A stretch of 62,525 nt of DNA, filler included, from Catajapyx aquilonaris (taxonomy: Eukaryota): NCBI GenBank assembly GCA_000934665.2. It is 2 parts of 2 records of this genome, joined end to end, with 100 filler letters (N's around TTAATTAATTAA, not from the genome) between each part and the next. Parts side by side here need not be neighbours in the genome. Positions count along the whole stretch, not along the records: positions 31,251 to 62,525 come from JYFJ02004574.1; 1 more part is not named here. The stretch is one strand, 5' to 3'. A model generated the notes under the pieces. It did no database searches. It saw only the letters and a program-made list of their open reading frames with translations, and had not been told where the DNA came from. Position 1 is the first letter of the stretch. Every line of letters starts with the position of its first letter. The translations under genes were made by a program, and so were the position numbers. Of the stretch, positions 61,018-62,525 are shown in pieces.

Positions 61018-61455
61018 TGCTTTTTTAAATTAGCATAATGAGAAACTGTGATTTGTCGTCACCTACTCGATGTTGAGGAACCGTGATTTATTTTTTCACC
61101 AGACATGCACAGATTTCTCCGTATGGGGCAAAAGGAGCCGACAATGGGTGTACATGATTTTCAATGATTTTCAATGATTGTAATTGATTATGAGTTTGTG
61201 AGAAACTGATTTTCACCACCTACAGAGCATGCACAGATGTTGAGAAACCGTGATTTTCACCACCTACAGGGCATCCTAATGAGTGAGTGAGGAACTGTGA
61301 TTTTTCATCAAGGCATACACAAATAAACCATGATTTTTCACCAGCTGTTTCCAGAGGTCAACTGTTTCCGATTGAGGGGGCCACTCGCTACCCCCCGGCT
61401 ACCAGAAACCGCGATTTTTCACAGAGCATGCACAGATGTTGAGGAACCGCGATTT
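61018..61455. repeat. Degenerate minisatellite between the IR and IAP genes
   Basis: Recurrent (T)GAG(A/G)AAC(C/T)G(T/C)GATTT..CACCA..ACAGAGCATGCACAGATGT units. Followed at ~61485-61620 by repeated (C/T)AGGTGTGAC. Confidence 0.65.
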
Positions 61456-62032
61456 CATTAAGGGTGCGTTCGAACGGCTGTACACAGGTGAGAATCCGTA
61501 CAGGTGTGACAAAAATCCGGGTAAGTACAGGTTTGACAAAACTACAGGTGTGACAATAAGTGGTGATAAGTGGCTATAGGTGTGGTGAGGTGTATCAATA
61601 AGCAGGTGTGACTATAGGTGAGATCCATACCAGTGTTGCCACAATGGTGAATGGAGAGCCCCTGACTCATTGGACGAGGCTAATTAGCGGCAGGGATGTA
61701 ACGGTTGAAAAGACGTGTGGGGGTTAATGCTCTTGGACATCATCTAGTTTGAATCCAACGGAAAAAAATAATTGGCGTGGGAGGGAGCAGGTGCGTTAAA
61801 TATGTAACATCAGGAAAAGTCGTTGGGTGGGAATTTGGTCAGTTGTACTGCAAGCATAGAGTGAGGAAGGTGTCTGAAAGTACCCCGGTGAATATTCCCG
61901 CTGCAAGTGCTGAGTGATCCTGCTAGTGCTCAAGTCCTTAAAGGTAGGCTAACTAGTCAAGACTTTTAATAAACAAGTGGAAGCTAACGGTTTTTGATGC
62001 TAACTATTATCATTTTTAGGATCCCTCTCACG

Positions 62033-62525
62033 ATGAGTCAATATGCACACAAAAAGTGGACATCTTTTGATTCGCTGAAGAATGAAACGACTCGCCTGCA
62101 CACCTTTAAGCAGTGGCCGGTCTCGTTTCTTACACCTGAGTCACTTGCTCATGCAGGATTTTTCTACCTCAAGAAGGCTGATTACGTCGAGTGTGCCTTT
62201 TGTCGAGGTGTTGTGTTTGCATGGGAGGAAGGGGAGATCCCATTTGAAGAACATAAGAAGCATTTCCCTTGGTGTCCCTTTGTGAGGGGTGAGGAAGAGG
62301 ATGAGGAGGAAGAGGAGGAGGGGGATGAGGTGGAGGAAATGGGTTATGACACCTGCGGGTGGTATCAATCAAGCATGAGGAATCATACTGACCCTCGCTT
62401 CCCAGAATTCATGGCACTAGAGCCCCGATTGAGCACCTTTAGGGAGTGGCCTACTCAGATGAAACAAACGCCCGAAATGTTGGGGGAAGCTGGTTTTTTC
62501 TATGCTGATGTCTCTGACCATGTCA
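62033..62525 (+). CDS. Inhibitor of apoptosis protein (BIR domains), 5' part; runs off the window end
   Basis: ATG at 62033 follows an acceptor TTTTTAG. BIR1: RLHTFKQWP..LAHAGFFY..DYVECAFC..WEEGEIPFEEHKKHFPWCPFV. An acidic linker leads to the start of BIR2: RLSTFREWP..LGEAGFFY..SDHV. Absent from the ORF track, consistent with there being no stop in the window. Confidence 0.93.
   Translation, partial: MSQYAHKKWTSFDSLKNETTRLHTFKQWPVSFLTPESLAHAGFFYLKKADYVECAFCRGVVFAWEEGEIPFEEHKKHFPWCPFVRGEEEDEEEEEEGDEVEEMGYDTCGWYQSSMRNHTDPRFPEFMALEPRLSTFREWPTQMKQTPEMLGEAGFFYADVSDHV

Noticed and set aside
61018..61620. Repeats with variable spacers resembling a CRISPR array
   Set aside because: Eukaryotic context, degenerate units of irregular length, no cas genes.

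Overview
Eukaryotic (animal) genomic DNA from a compact invertebrate genome, most likely an arthropod: it carries a divergent ionotropic receptor and DUF4728/LAPTM-like tetraspan genes, and most introns are only ~52-77 bp. The window is two pieces joined by an artificial spacer (N44-TTAATTAATTAA-N44 at 31151-31250), so the two halves may not be adjacent in the genome. The left half has GC-rich coding sequence and is a dense housekeeping block. In order it holds the 3' part of a gene with a SENP6/7-type PH-like domain but no protease domain in view, an F-box/LRR gene, REV3L (DNA pol zeta), a ~9 kb gene-poor stretch with one orphan secreted protein, and then SNX3, MBTPS2, LYRM2, DGCR6, OSTM1, MEAF6, AGPAT3/4, LACTB2 and PEX2 within ~13.3 kb. 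It ends with a probable last exon of a cystine-knot (IL-17-like) gene. The right half is AT-richer and repeat-rich. It contains a ~22 kb minus-strand tandem array of at least 9 four-TM genes plus a pseudogene and a fragment, built partly from a repeated two-gene unit, with GC-AG introns and signs of gene conversion. MITEs and a Helitron are inserted in the array. Beyond it lie a LINE remnant, SINEs, a second Helitron, a divergent ionotropic receptor gene and the 5' part of an IAP (BIR) gene. All gene models were spliced by hand from splice-site motifs and recalled protein-family features; no database searches were run.
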